In this document: piece after piece, positions 20,484-30,173 of the stretch
How positions within the stretch are numbered: the first letter of the stretch is position 1
Layout of the letters: each line of letters opens with the position of its first letter
Source: Leptonemataceae bacterium
GTDB lineage: Bacteria > Spirochaetota > Leptospiria > Leptospirales > Leptonemataceae
Assembly (NCBI GenBank): GCA_965227295.1
Contig: OZ245742.1
Coordinates: 1 to 64,000, forward strand
DNA: 64,000 nt
Direction: 5' to 3'
The notes under the pieces: generated by a model
Database searches by the model: none
What the model was told of the DNA's origin: nothing
The model's input: the letters and a program-made list of their open reading frames with translations, nothing else
Translations under genes and position numbers: made by a program

Positions 20484-20981
20484 TTATAGATCGTACCGCA
20501 CCGCCAATCCGCCGTCGACAAGTTCCTGATTTAACTGCGAGCCGAATTCGAGAATTCCCTGAAAATCCGTGTATTTGCGATGATAGTAAACGTAAGCGAG
20601 ATACCGGCCGTACTTCTCCCGCTTTTGCGTCTCCACAATCAAAGACGACCGCGCTAACTTCTTCTGGATGTACTGTTGCACCCGCTTCCCTTTTCGCGTC
20701 GAAATCTCGGGCGAGTTCACCCCCGCCAGCCGTACGATGGCCGTCAGTGTAATTTCAAAACCCGCGTCGAGATCCAGGCGGAGCGTGTCGCCGTCGATGA
20801 CCTCTTTTAATGTGGCGTAATAGAAGTACGGCGTGCGCGGAACATCGCGCAGTTGCGGGTTTTCGTTGAGATCGGCGCGGATGAGCGCGCGCAGATAGCC
20901 GGACATGTTATCCGTGCGGTCTTTTAGAGATTCGAGGAGTTCGGAAGATACGCGGAGTTTCAGCAGTTCGTCTTTGGCCAT
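20484..20981 (-). CDS. Thermonuclease (SNase-like) with N-terminal RHH-like segment
   Basis: VIDGDT, VRLAGVNSPE, EKYGRYLAYVY motifs. Confidence 0.85.
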   Translation of the reverse strand: MAKDELLKLRVSSELLESLKDRTDNMSGYLRALIRADLNENPQLRDVPRTPYFYYATLKEVIDGDTLRLDLDAGFEITLTAIVRLAGVNSPEISTRKGKRVQQYIQKKLARSSLIVETQKREKYGRYLAYVYYHRKYTDFQGILEFGSQLNQELVDGGLAVRYDL

Positions 20982-21056
20982 GCCGCGAAAAAGCCGGGCG
21001 TCAGAAGCGCGTGCAAGCGAAAACCCACCGGGTCTTCGCTTGCACGCGCGGCATGG

Positions 21057-21263
21057 TCAGAGTTTTTTCCAGCCGTCATTGCACGGGACTTTTTCGCGGG
21101 GTTGGTTCCAGATGTCCACGAGCGGTTTGCGTTTACGCAGATCCTCCGCGATGAGATTGCGGATGTGCTGCGAAGCGTTTTCGAACCGGGTTACGAGTTC
21201 GTCGCGCATGGCGTCGCTTAAGCCCACGCGAAACTGAACTACTTTTTTTCCGGGGTCTTTCAT
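21057..21263 (-). CDS. Small RHH/CopG-like protein (intact copy)
   Basis: 68 aa MKDPGKKVVQFRVGLSD..., start overlaps the upstream stop, conserved in all three modules. Confidence 0.65.
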   Translation of the reverse strand: MKDPGKKVVQFRVGLSDAMRDELVTRFENASQHIRNLIAEDLRKRKPLVDIWNQPREKVPCNDGWKKL

Positions 21264-21736
21264 TCTTCGTCCTCCGGTTGGTCGAGATCGTCGAAGAGCG
21301 GGTAGTAGCGCGTGCTTTTGGGAGCGCCGCGATAACACGCGCTTTCCAGCTCGGCGTCCCACTCACAGGCGAGCTGCTGAAGTTCGAGAAACACTTTGCG
21401 ATTCACCCGCAAGAGTGCACGAAGCCGGGACGACCGCGGCACGGCGACCGCCTCGTAGACTTCTTTACGCTCACCGGTGGTTTCGCTGGACAACAGAAAC
21501 GGAAACCACTCGCGATCGACGGTGCGTTCGAACTGCATTTCCCGACAGCACAGCCAGCGGCCGTTGTCCTGCTTCACGAACTGCGAGACGGCGACGGCCT
21601 CGCAGTTTGTGGGCCCTTTGCCGAGATACTCGATGACGAGCAGCGGGTATTCTTCGTGCTCCACGCGGATGGATTCGCACTCTTTCAGAGCCTCCAGACC
21701 TTCGTGGGCTAAGATGATTTTCTCAACACTTTGCAT
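21260..21736 (-). CDS. DUF6908-like protein
   Basis: RBS GGAGG; L.IE..G.GP....VSQ...QDNG...EM.F pattern recalled from DUF6908. Confidence 0.6.
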   Translation of the reverse strand: MQSVEKIILAHEGLEALKECESIRVEHEEYPLLVIEYLGKGPTNCEAVAVSQFVKQDNGRWLCCREMQFERTVDREWFPFLLSSETTGERKEVYEAVAVPRSSRLRALLRVNRKVFLELQQLACEWDAELESACYRGAPKSTRYYPLFDDLDQPEDEE

Positions 21737-22043
21737 GTAAAAGCCTCCATAGGAAGGCGCAGCTTAACAAATGACGGCATAGATGCAAGCGAAAACAGGC
21801 GGACGGGATACTTTAACTTGCAAACAAGGAAGGTTAGTAGATCTGGAGCGTTCGAAAGATTTGCACGCGGGTTATCGAAGATGGTTCGTCGCTCGCGTGT
21901 CCGTAAGAATGTTCAGGGCCGATCTAACCTCTTCGGACTACTTTCTAGCCCGCGAAAGAAATACTAAAATTTCATTACGGAGTGATATTTCACTCGCGAG
22001 CCGGAGTCCTTTTCATGGAATGGTCATTCTGAGGAATCCCGCA

Positions 22044-25000
22044 ATGACCGCTAAAACGCCGCATTACGCCCAAATCCGCCGGAGGCCGCTGTTTCGCGGC
22101 TTTGCCGCGCTTACGGCCGTGGCCGTTTTTCTGGGGGCGATCGGACCGCTGCCGGCGCAGTCCGTGCCGGTGCCGAACGTTACATTCGATGCCTACAATC
22201 CCGGCGACTGGAACGCGATCTTCGACGCGGCGCGCTTAAGTTTCAATCAGCAACAGTTTGAGCAGATCATCGACGCGGGCACGTATACGCTGGCCGCGCA
22301 GTGGGAGGCAGCGGCCGAAACCCGGATCACCAACGAAACCCTGTCCGTTACCAACAGCGACGCCTTCAACAGCGTCAGCGAGTACCGCGAGTATCTGCGG
22401 GCCGAACTGGAGATTCAAAAACAGGACGCCTTCGCTACCTGGGAAGCCGCCGCGCTCACCGCCATCGATAACGAACGCGACGCCTTTCTCGCGGGCCTGA
22501 TCACCGCGCAAGAAGCGCAAACGTCAGCTCAGGCGCAGGATGATTTGCACGATGTCGACGCGGCGGACACGAGTGATGAATATCGCCGGCAACGCGATGA
22601 GTACGAAGCGAACTACCAGGCGAATATTGCGCAGGGGCTCGCCGAGTATCAGGCCGCCCTGAACGCGATCGCCGCCGATGCCGAAGCGTTTCAGCAGGAG
22701 ATGGCCGCCGCGGAACTGGAGTTCCAGCAGAACCTGGCGCAGATCGAAGCCTTCGAAGCGAACGTGCGCGCGAACATCGAATCGGCCGTGGATTCCCTTG
22801 AAAATCAGCTACAAAACAGCAGTTTCTTCTATGTACAGAACTGCGACAGCGAGAATGTCTGCACGGCGACCGCCGATTTAACTACGGCCGGTACGAACTT
22901 AGAGTTGATCATCGCCGATATGCGCGACGGTCTCGCGAACGATGCGGACCTAAGTACACTTGCGTTGACGTTAAGCACGTATCTGGCCGGGCGCGAGACC
23001 GAGGCGATCGACACGCGGGACTACTGGGCCGCTGAGGTCCTCACGCCGCGCAATATCCATACCGATGACGGCGGGCAGAACGTGGCCGGGGTCGGCGTCG
23101 CTTTCGATTTCGGAACGGCGTACGGCGGCACGCTGATCGGCGCCATGATCGAAGAGTTCGGCGGCAATACCGGCACGCTCGCGAATCACTTAAGCACGGG
23201 GCATTTGGTCGCGCAGAATTTTCAGAACCTGGACCTGTGCGGTTCGAGTACGCTGCACTGGCCCTATCCGCTCACCGGTCTGACTTCCAACACCAACGAA
23301 TGCTGGCACGGGAACAGCGCGGGCGTCGGCGCGTTTTCGTATAACGCGCAAGGTTGCGGTGGCCCGCCGTTAGTGTGCGTGTGGAATCCGCTCGCGCCGA
23401 ACGGTCATCCGGAAGCGCGCGTGGACGCCCACGGCACGTATGATCTGTATGATCCGAACGCCGACCACAACGAGGGCGTGTGGCAGGGTTACGTCGATAA
23501 CATCAACTTAGAGAAAGCTACGTGGGATGGGACGTTGATCCCGGCGCTGCAGGCCTGGGAAGCGCAGGTGGCGAGCTACACGGCGAACTACTCGGCCTGG
23601 CAGGCGCAGGTGCCCGCGTTGCTACAGCAAAACCAGGCGGCGTACGAGGCGCGGCTCGCGGCGATCAGCGAAGAGCGCACGGCGTTTTTGAACCGCACGC
23701 GCAGCGAGTACGAGGCGGGACTGCGGAAGATCGAGGCGCTGGAGTCGGCGAAGCTCGCGGGCGAAGAAGATCTCGCGCCTCTGGCCGAAGAAGCGGAGGC
23801 GGCACTTACGGCGTCGCGCAACCTGTCCGTAACTTCTGCCGCTGCGATATTAGACAACGACGTCGTGCTTTCGAATTTGCCGGATCGCGCGGAGCTGCGC
23901 GGCGTGGTGAGTCGGGCCCGGGAGTTGCTCCCGGATTTTTCGGCGACGGAGGCGGTGGTGCCGGCGTTCTACCGGACGCTCCAGGGCTCGTATAACGTGG
24001 CGCTCGGCGAACACATGCACGCCGAGGCGCTCAGTGTTGAAGCGGACATCTTAGCTGACATTCAAAAGCAGTTACAATCTTACAATGATCTCGAAGTGAG
24101 CGAGGCGGACGTGCACCGCCAGATGCTCGCGATCATGGCCGAGGAACAGGCGGAACGCGGGGAAGAGGCGCAGGATACCGACTCGATGTCCGATGAGGAC
24201 GTCCTGAACGTGGAGCTTAACTGGAGCCTGCTCGATGTTACGAGCGAGCTGGAACTCGAAGAGCTCCGTGAGTACGTGCGCGAGAGTCTGGAAGATCGGC
24301 GCGACCGGCTCAAGTTCGAGAAGATCGAAAAGCAGGCGGACGGATCGTATCTGGTGACGCGCAGGGTCAGCACGGGCGAGACGCGGCTGATGGCCGGCGG
24401 CGATGCGACCAATGAGGATCATTATATAGAAGAATTCGTCGAGACGACGTTTCGCATTGAAGGCGCGGGCTCGGTGAAACTCGCGGAGACCGGTGACCTG
24501 TTCGCGGACGACTTCAACGTGAACCAGGCGCTGGATGATTTTTACGGGAACATCAATTCGTACTACAAAGAGAACGTGACAAAGGCGTTCGAGCAGATGG
24601 CGGCGAAGCTCGATCAGCAGGATACGAACGCGATCACGATGCAGGAACGCGCGGAAGAATCCACCGAACGCCAGGTAGAGTTCGCTGAGGATGCCTTAAG
24701 CCTCGCGCAAACGCTCGTAACCGGCGGCACGCTCGCGACCTTCGGCGACAACATGATCCGCGGGCAGATGGCGGAGGTGCTCGGCCAGATCACCGGCATG
24801 CCGGCCGGTTTTTTAAGCGCGCTTTTCGGCAGCGGCGATCCGGGCCAGGCGGTGAAGAATTTCGTGGAGGGCGAGCTCTTAACTCAGTTTGATGCGGTGT
24901 TAGGACTGCCGGCGGGTTCGGGCTCGATGCTCTACGGCCTGGTGCAGGGCAATGATAAACGCAATACCGCCGAGTTCAAGATGGGGCGGGATATGTTCCG

Positions 25001-28000
25001 GAACGGATTCTCGCCGTCCTCGTTCGGATATTCCACTTTCGGGCCGGTTGCTTTCCTGCCGGGGATCGATCGGGCGATCGTCCAGCCGATGAGTCGGGCC
25101 GTCGATCGCATGGCGGATCGCGTGGGCGCGTTTACGGCGAATCATGCCGGAGCCATCAACAACGTGGCGCACCTCGGCGGCATCATCCCGCCGGAGCTGT
25201 CGCTCTATGGTTACTCGCAGCGCGTGTATGACTCGGGCGGATTCGGTAAATACTTCGGGCGCCCGAATACGGAGAGCACGGTTTCGCAGGAGGAGTTCGA
25301 GCGTAATCAACTGGAACGCGCGGCGTTGTTCGCGGTCGCCGATCAGTTCGGTCTGCCGCCGGGCTCGCTGCAAATGTTACAGGGAATCAACTTAAGCCCC
25401 GAAACCATGGAAGCGTTCGTGATAAACCAGGTCTCGACACTCTGGGAGACGGCCTTAGGATTGCCCACGGGAGTGTTAGGAACGATGCTCGCCTCGATCG
25501 AACAACACGACGCGCATAAGCGGGATCCGAACTACAAGCTCGGTCGCGATTTGGTGAACAACTTCGGGTTGAGTTTTCTGGGTATCAACATGCCCGGACT
25601 GGAGCGTGTCAGCGGCAACATCGGTGATCGAGTCGGCCGGTTGTTCGCACGCAATCCGATGATTCCGCAGTTGTTTTTTCCGATTGTGCACGGCTCGTAT
25701 CACGGCGGCACGCGCGGGGCGGTGACGTCCGGTGCTGGACTCGCGGCGACGGCACTGATCCGAGCCTTCAGCCTGGGCACCGTGGGTGTGAACGCCGGCT
25801 ATTCGTTTCAGGATGGTTACAGCGGCGGCGTGACGGTCGGCTTCGGTAAAGGTGATGTGAACTTAGGCGTGGGCCTGAATTACAGTGAGGTTGGTGGCTG
25901 GGGTGCTACGGCCGGTGTTACCGTGGGCGGCAATCTCGGTGGCACGTTGGGTTTAAGTTATAATGAGTTTACCGGGTTTGGTGTGCAGGCGGGCATCAGC
26001 GGGATTAACAGTCATGGGCAGACTGGTTCGTTTGGGGTGGGCTGGAATAAGCTCGAAGGTTACGGTGCGAATGTCGGCGTCGGCCAGGGTTCGGCGATTT
26101 TTCAGGCAACGTACTCGCAGAACAACGGCTTTGGTGCGGGGTTTCAGCTTTCGCATGCGGTGGGTGCGCAGAACGCGTTCGGTGATAGTGCGATTGCCGG
26201 TGGGCTAACGTTCAGTGCATCGACTTCGCAGTACGGTGGGAACACGTTCGGTGTGAACTATCAGCAGACGAATCAGTTCGCCGATGGGCCGGCGGCGTTC
26301 AGTGGCGGGTTGGTTTATAATACACTCGACGGATTAACCGGCACGTTTAATGCGAGCTACGACGGCATGAGCGCTAACTTCAGCGCAAATGAATTTACCG
26401 GCGGCGCCTTCGATGTGGCGTTCGGGGCACAGCCGAATTTTATTACTTCGCACGATCAGCTTACGGGTGCGCTTGCGGGGATGCAGCAGCAACAGCGCAG
26501 CGATTACGAACGTGAGCGTAACCTTAGATCGGAAGCCCTGGATATGGAGCGAGTCTTCGGCGCAGCGGGCATGACGGCCGAACGCTGGCTGGCCATGGAT
26601 GAGCTGGATCGGCAGAAGTTTCGCGAGCGGAACATCGAGCGGATTACTAAAGAGATGGAGAAGAACGGCGGCGAAGGGCTGACCGATGAAGAGATTGCCG
26701 GTTACAATGAATCTCAGGACGGCTGGTTGGGTGTGTTTTCGAGTCTCGGGGATACGCTGGCCGGTGTGTTTTCGAATGAGGTGTACGATCCTAACGGCTG
26801 GCGCGATGAAAACGGTAAGTGGCATCCGCGGACTTGTTTTCTCCCCGGCACGGTGTTTAGCGTCGAGGACGGTTTCTCTACGATTGAAAAAATCACCGTC
26901 GGTATGATGGTGCCTTCGTACGATCCGGTGACCGGTGAGATTTCCTCGAAGCCGGTGACGGAAGTTTTCAAAAACAAGACCGACATCATTTTCTGGATTG
27001 AATACGTCGACGGCACTCGCGTCGGTACGACGTGGAATCACCCGTTCCTGATCGAAGGCAAAGATTGGATCGAGGCGAAAGATCTGCGTCCGGGGGATCG
27101 TTCGGTTACGGCGAACGGAAGTTTAGAGATTGCAAAGATCGAGCAGGAACACGGGGAGTTTACCGTCTACAACGTTGAGGTGGCGGATAATCATACGTAT
27201 TTCGTGACCGAACAGATGGTTGTGGTGCATAACTATGAGCAGGGATTACTTCAGGATGCATATAAGTGGCACTTCGATAACAACACAGATCAGCAGGTTG
27301 GAACGACTTCCAACGAAGACGGCCTGTCGAACTTGATGCGAGATGGTCGCGTCGCCACTGACGAGATGGTCGATGAATACCTTTTAAGCGAAGAAGGTCA
27401 GGAATTTCTTGCGAGCGAAAAAGGTCAGGAATTTCTCGCAGGCGAGCACGGCCAGGCGTATCTCGAACGCACGGGTCAGGCCGACTCGCAAGATTCAACT
27501 GCCACTGCTTCGAATGCGCAGCAATCGTCTTCACAGCAGAGTATCGCCAATGCGACCATGGCCGATACGCCGCCTGAGATTGCGAACAACATCACGCCGC
27601 CGCCGGCCGGGCAGACCTGGGGCGATTGGGCGCTGGACAAGGTTAATGAAGGTTGGGAAATTGTTAAGGAATACGGCGGTAAATTCAAGGACGCCGTTTC
27701 AGAAGGCGTCGCGTCGCTTGGCAGAGGAATTGAGGGAGCTTATGATTTCGTGACGTCGGATCTCGGCGATTGGTTCGTGAACGATCTGCTCGCCGATATG
27801 ATTCCTGGGGTCCGCGAGTTTGTGACGTTCCTCAAGAATGTCCGCGATTGGGTGGACGGAAATGTGATCGGCGTCGTCGGCAATACGCTGGAGCGGGCCG
27901 TAGATTACATCGGGCCGTTCTTTGCGGCGGCGGGTTGGTTTAAGAAAGCGAGCGACGCCGCCGATGCCGCGAAGGCGGCGGATAAAGCCGGCGATGCTGC

Positions 28001-28337
28001 GAGAGCCGGGGATAATGCGGGTGACGCGGTGAAGACGGGGGATAATGTTGGGGATGCCGGGAAGGCTGCCATTGAGCATGTCAGCCCCTATAAATTGGAA
28101 CCGACGCATGGACTGACCCTGTCCCGAGCGGAATATGCAGCGCTCAAAGAGCAAATTCGGAATGAAGGAATTCAAGAATCGATAAAAATAGTTGAAAGCA
28201 ATGGGAAAAGATACATCGTTGATGGGCATCATAGACTTCAGATCGCCAAAGAACTTGGCATGGAAAGTGTGCCGATCGAAAAAGTTAAGTTACCGTATAA
28301 AGGGTATCAAACCGTCGAAGACTTGCGGTTTGAATAG
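22044..28337 (+). CDS. Giant secreted polymorphic toxin (Leptospira TIGR04388-like) with Hint domain and C-terminal ParB/Srx-like domain
   Basis: Signal peptide after ATG 22044, coiled-coil and Gly-rich beta regions, Hint CFLPGT...YNVEV..NHTYFV...VVHN (26835-27233), tip GIQESI...YIVDGHHRL. Confidence 0.8.
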   Translation: MTAKTPHYAQIRRRPLFRGFAALTAVAVFLGAIGPLPAQSVPVPNVTFDAYNPGDWNAIFDAARLSFNQQQFEQIIDAGTYTLAAQWEAAAETRITNETLSVTNSDAFNSVSEYREYLRAELEIQKQDAFATWEAAALTAIDNERDAFLAGLITAQEAQTSAQAQDDLHDVDAADTSDEYRRQRDEYEANYQANIAQGLAEYQAALNAIAADAEAFQQEMAAAELEFQQNLAQIEAFEANVRANIESAVDSLENQLQNSSFFYVQNCDSENVCTATADLTTAGTNLELIIADMRDGLANDADLSTLALTLSTYLAGRETEAIDTRDYWAAEVLTPRNIHTDDGGQNVAGVGVAFDFGTAYGGTLIGAMIEEFGGNTGTLANHLSTGHLVAQNFQNLDLCGSSTLHWPYPLTGLTSNTNECWHGNSAGVGAFSYNAQGCGGPPLVCVWNPLAPNGHPEARVDAHGTYDLYDPNADHNEGVWQGYVDNINLEKATWDGTLIPALQAWEAQVASYTANYSAWQAQVPALLQQNQAAYEARLAAISEERTAFLNRTRSEYEAGLRKIEALESAKLAGEEDLAPLAEEAEAALTASRNLSVTSAAAILDNDVVLSNLPDRAELRGVVSRARELLPDFSATEAVVPAFYRTLQGSYNVALGEHMHAEALSVEADILADIQKQLQSYNDLEVSEADVHRQMLAIMAEEQAERGEEAQDTDSMSDEDVLNVELNWSLLDVTSELELEELREYVRESLEDRRDRLKFEKIEKQADGSYLVTRRVSTGETRLMAGGDATNEDHYIEEFVETTFRIEGAGSVKLAETGDLFADDFNVNQALDDFYGNINSYYKENVTKAFEQMAAKLDQQDTNAITMQERAEESTERQVEFAEDALSLAQTLVTGGTLATFGDNMIRGQMAEVLGQITGMPAGFLSALFGSGDPGQAVKNFVEGELLTQFDAVLGLPAGSGSMLYGLVQGNDKRNTAEFKMGRDMFRNGFSPSSFGYSTFGPVAFLPGIDRAIVQPMSRAVDRMADRVGAFTANHAGAINNVAHLGGIIPPELSLYGYSQRVYDSGGFGKYFGRPNTESTVSQEEFERNQLERAALFAVADQFGLPPGSLQMLQGINLSPETMEAFVINQVSTLWETALGLPTGVLGTMLASIEQHDAHKRDPNYKLGRDLVNNFGLSFLGINMPGLERVSGNIGDRVGRLFARNPMIPQLFFPIVHGSYHGGTRGAVTSGAGLAATALIRAFSLGTVGVNAGYSFQDGYSGGVTVGFGKGDVNLGVGLNYSEVGGWGATAGVTVGGNLGGTLGLSYNEFTGFGVQAGISGINSHGQTGSFGVGWNKLEGYGANVGVGQGSAIFQATYSQNNGFGAGFQLSHAVGAQNAFGDSAIAGGLTFSASTSQYGGNTFGVNYQQTNQFADGPAAFSGGLVYNTLDGLTGTFNASYDGMSANFSANEFTGGAFDVAFGAQPNFITSHDQLTGALAGMQQQQRSDYERERNLRSEALDMERVFGAAGMTAERWLAMDELDRQKFRERNIERITKEMEKNGGEGLTDEEIAGYNESQDGWLGVFSSLGDTLAGVFSNEVYDPNGWRDENGKWHPRTCFLPGTVFSVEDGFSTIEKITVGMMVPSYDPVTGEISSKPVTEVFKNKTDIIFWIEYVDGTRVGTTWNHPFLIEGKDWIEAKDLRPGDRSVTANGSLEIAKIEQEHGEFTVYNVEVADNHTYFVTEQMVVVHNYEQGLLQDAYKWHFDNNTDQQVGTTSNEDGLSNLMRDGRVATDEMVDEYLLSEEGQEFLASEKGQEFLAGEHGQAYLERTGQADSQDSTATASNAQQSSSQQSIANATMADTPPEIANNITPPPAGQTWGDWALDKVNEGWEIVKEYGGKFKDAVSEGVASLGRGIEGAYDFVTSDLGDWFVNDLLADMIPGVREFVTFLKNVRDWVDGNVIGVVGNTLERAVDYIGPFFAAAGWFKKASDAADAAKAADKAGDAARAGDNAGDAVKTGDNVGDAGKAAIEHVSPYKLEPTHGLTLSRAEYAALKEQIRNEGIQESIKIVESNGKRYIVDGHHRLQIAKELGMESVPIEKVKLPYKGYQTVEDLRFE

Positions 28338-28343
28338 AAAAGT

Positions 28344-28805
28344 ATGGCAGTATGGCAAACTACATTTCGGTTGCTCCCGATCGCTTCTCTTGAAACAGAG
28401 CTAGGTCTAATCCCGCTGTCTCTAGATGAAAATGAATATGAAGCCCATCATTGGTGGCAGGATAGAGCATTGGTATCCAGGCTAAAGGCCAGTTTGGACT
28501 TTCTGCCAAATGTGCAAGCCTGGACTCCCGCCATCGAAGCATGGGGTCGTGAGGACAGCAATTACATGTATTTTTTCCACGACCAGGATGGGAAGGTTCT
28601 CTCGGTGCAAATTCGCATCGATTTGTATGACCCGAAGAGCTTTACCCGACACATTGTTTCAATTGCACAAAGAGAGAATCTCGCTTTTCTAACAGAGGAT
28701 GGCCGAGTGGTTCCAGCGCGGTGGGACCGCATTAACAAGGAACTTGAGAATTCACCGGCAGCTGCATTCATAAGAGACCCCGAAGGTTTCCTGAAAGATC
28801 GCTAG
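28344..28805 (+). CDS. Putative cognate immunity protein
   Basis: 153-aa ORF 6 bp downstream of the toxin stop, same AT-richer composition as the tip. Confidence 0.6.
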   Translation: MAVWQTTFRLLPIASLETELGLIPLSLDENEYEAHHWWQDRALVSRLKASLDFLPNVQAWTPAIEAWGREDSNYMYFFHDQDGKVLSVQIRIDLYDPKSFTRHIVSIAQRENLAFLTEDGRVVPARWDRINKELENSPAAAFIRDPEGFLKDR

Positions 28806-28884
28806 ATTCTCCTGGCCAGAGATGAGGTGAAATAGTCAAAGCAGATCGCTATCGCAAATCTGTTTACCTGAAATCGGTACTTTA

Positions 28885-29556
28885 ATGAACGATCTATTTA
28901 GGGCTTCTTTCATGCTTTGGAAAAGCTGTTTTTGGAGAGCCTTTTTATCGTTCGTTGGCTTCAGCGTATTGCAGGGCACGCTCGCGCTATTCGGTAATAC
29001 CTTGGTCAACCTCAGGCTTTCCGTGTTTGCGTTGATTATCGTTTCACTCGTGCTCCTCATTCCCCATGCCCTCGGATTCACACTCTTACTGCGTTACATT
29101 TTCCGCACTACCGGTCTTGATCGCGACGACGCTGCTCGGTCCTTGCCTTTCACCGTCAGTGTGCTCGGTTTGCCTGCGTTTAGAATGTGGCTATATTTGG
29201 TGATCGTTAACCTTGCCGCCATCCTTGCGATGTTGTCTGCCTCTCATTTGCAGGCAGGCGATGAACTCACTTCTACGAGTGGACCGGCAGTAGCCTTGTT
29301 TGTATTGCTCGGGACGTTTGCAGCGGCGGGCTTAATTGCAAGCGGGCGTGGTCTATTCGATAGCTTAAGGATTGCTCTCGTGATTACCACAAGGAACGCG
29401 CTCCATATTCCGGGATTCATGCTCTTTTCAGCATTCTTGATGCTCGCGGGTGGTCTTTGCCTGATCATTGGATACTTCTTCGCCGGCTCTTTTCTTGTCG
29501 TTGCATATTGTGTTCTTGTGCAGCGAATGAAGGAACAGTTACCATCGACTCCCTAA
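28885..29556 (+). CDS. Hypothetical multi-pass membrane protein
   Basis: Several hydrophobic segments; its stop overlaps the inverted-repeat boundary. Confidence 0.6.
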   Translation: MNDLFRASFMLWKSCFWRAFLSFVGFSVLQGTLALFGNTLVNLRLSVFALIIVSLVLLIPHALGFTLLLRYIFRTTGLDRDDAARSLPFTVSVLGLPAFRMWLYLVIVNLAAILAMLSASHLQAGDELTSTSGPAVALFVLLGTFAAAGLIASGRGLFDSLRIALVITTRNALHIPGFMLFSAFLMLAGGLCLIIGYFFAGSFLVVAYCVLVQRMKEQLPSTP

Positions 29557-29653
29557 CCTTGATTGTTTGCAAGTTAAAGTATCCCGTCCGCCTGTTTTCG
29601 CTTGCATCTATGCCGTCATTTGTTAAGCTGCGCCTTCCTATGGAGGCTTTTAC

Positions 29654-30130
29654 ATGCAAAGTGTTGAGAAAATCATCTTAGCCCACGAAGGTCTGGAGGC
29701 TCTGAAAGAGTGCGAATCCATCCGCGTGGAGCACGAAGAATACCCGCTGCTCGTCATCGAGTATCTCGGCAAAGGGCCCACAAACTGCGAGGCCGTCGCC
29801 GTCTCGCAGTTCGTGAAGCAGGACAACGGCCGCTGGCTGTGCTGTCGGGAAATGCAGTTCGAACGCACCGTCGATCGCGAGTGGTTTCCGTTTCTGTTGT
29901 CCAGCGAAACCACCGGTGAGCGTAAAGAAGTCTACGAGGCGGTCGCCGTGCCGCGGTCGTCCCGGCTTCGTGCACTCTTGCGGGTGAATCGCAAAGTGTT
30001 TCTCGAACTTCAGCAGCTCGCCTGTGAGTGGGACGCCGAGCTGGAAAGCGCGTGTTATCGCGGCGCTCCCAAAAGCACGCGCTACTACCCGCTCTTCGAC
30101 GATCTCGACCAACCGGAGGACGAAGAATGA
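29654..30130 (+). CDS. DUF6908-like protein (identical to 21260-21736)
   Basis: Identical translation. Confidence 0.6.
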   Translation: MQSVEKIILAHEGLEALKECESIRVEHEEYPLLVIEYLGKGPTNCEAVAVSQFVKQDNGRWLCCREMQFERTVDREWFPFLLSSETTGERKEVYEAVAVPRSSRLRALLRVNRKVFLELQQLACEWDAELESACYRGAPKSTRYYPLFDDLDQPEDEE

Positions 30131-30173
30131 AAGACCCCGGAAAAAAAGTAGTTCAGTTTCGCGTGGGCTTAAG

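Larger units (their letters stand above)
19672..21837 (-). repeat. Left arm of long inverted repeat (module copy 2 plus truncated transposase unit 5' end)
   Basis: Reverse complement of 29553-34675 once the IS481, intron, 238-bp insert and repeat-number difference are discounted. Confidence 0.92.

Noticed and set aside
21783-22043. N-terminal 87 aa of the 2184-aa ORF
   Set aside because: Begins inside the inverted-repeat arm; the signal peptide follows ATG 22044
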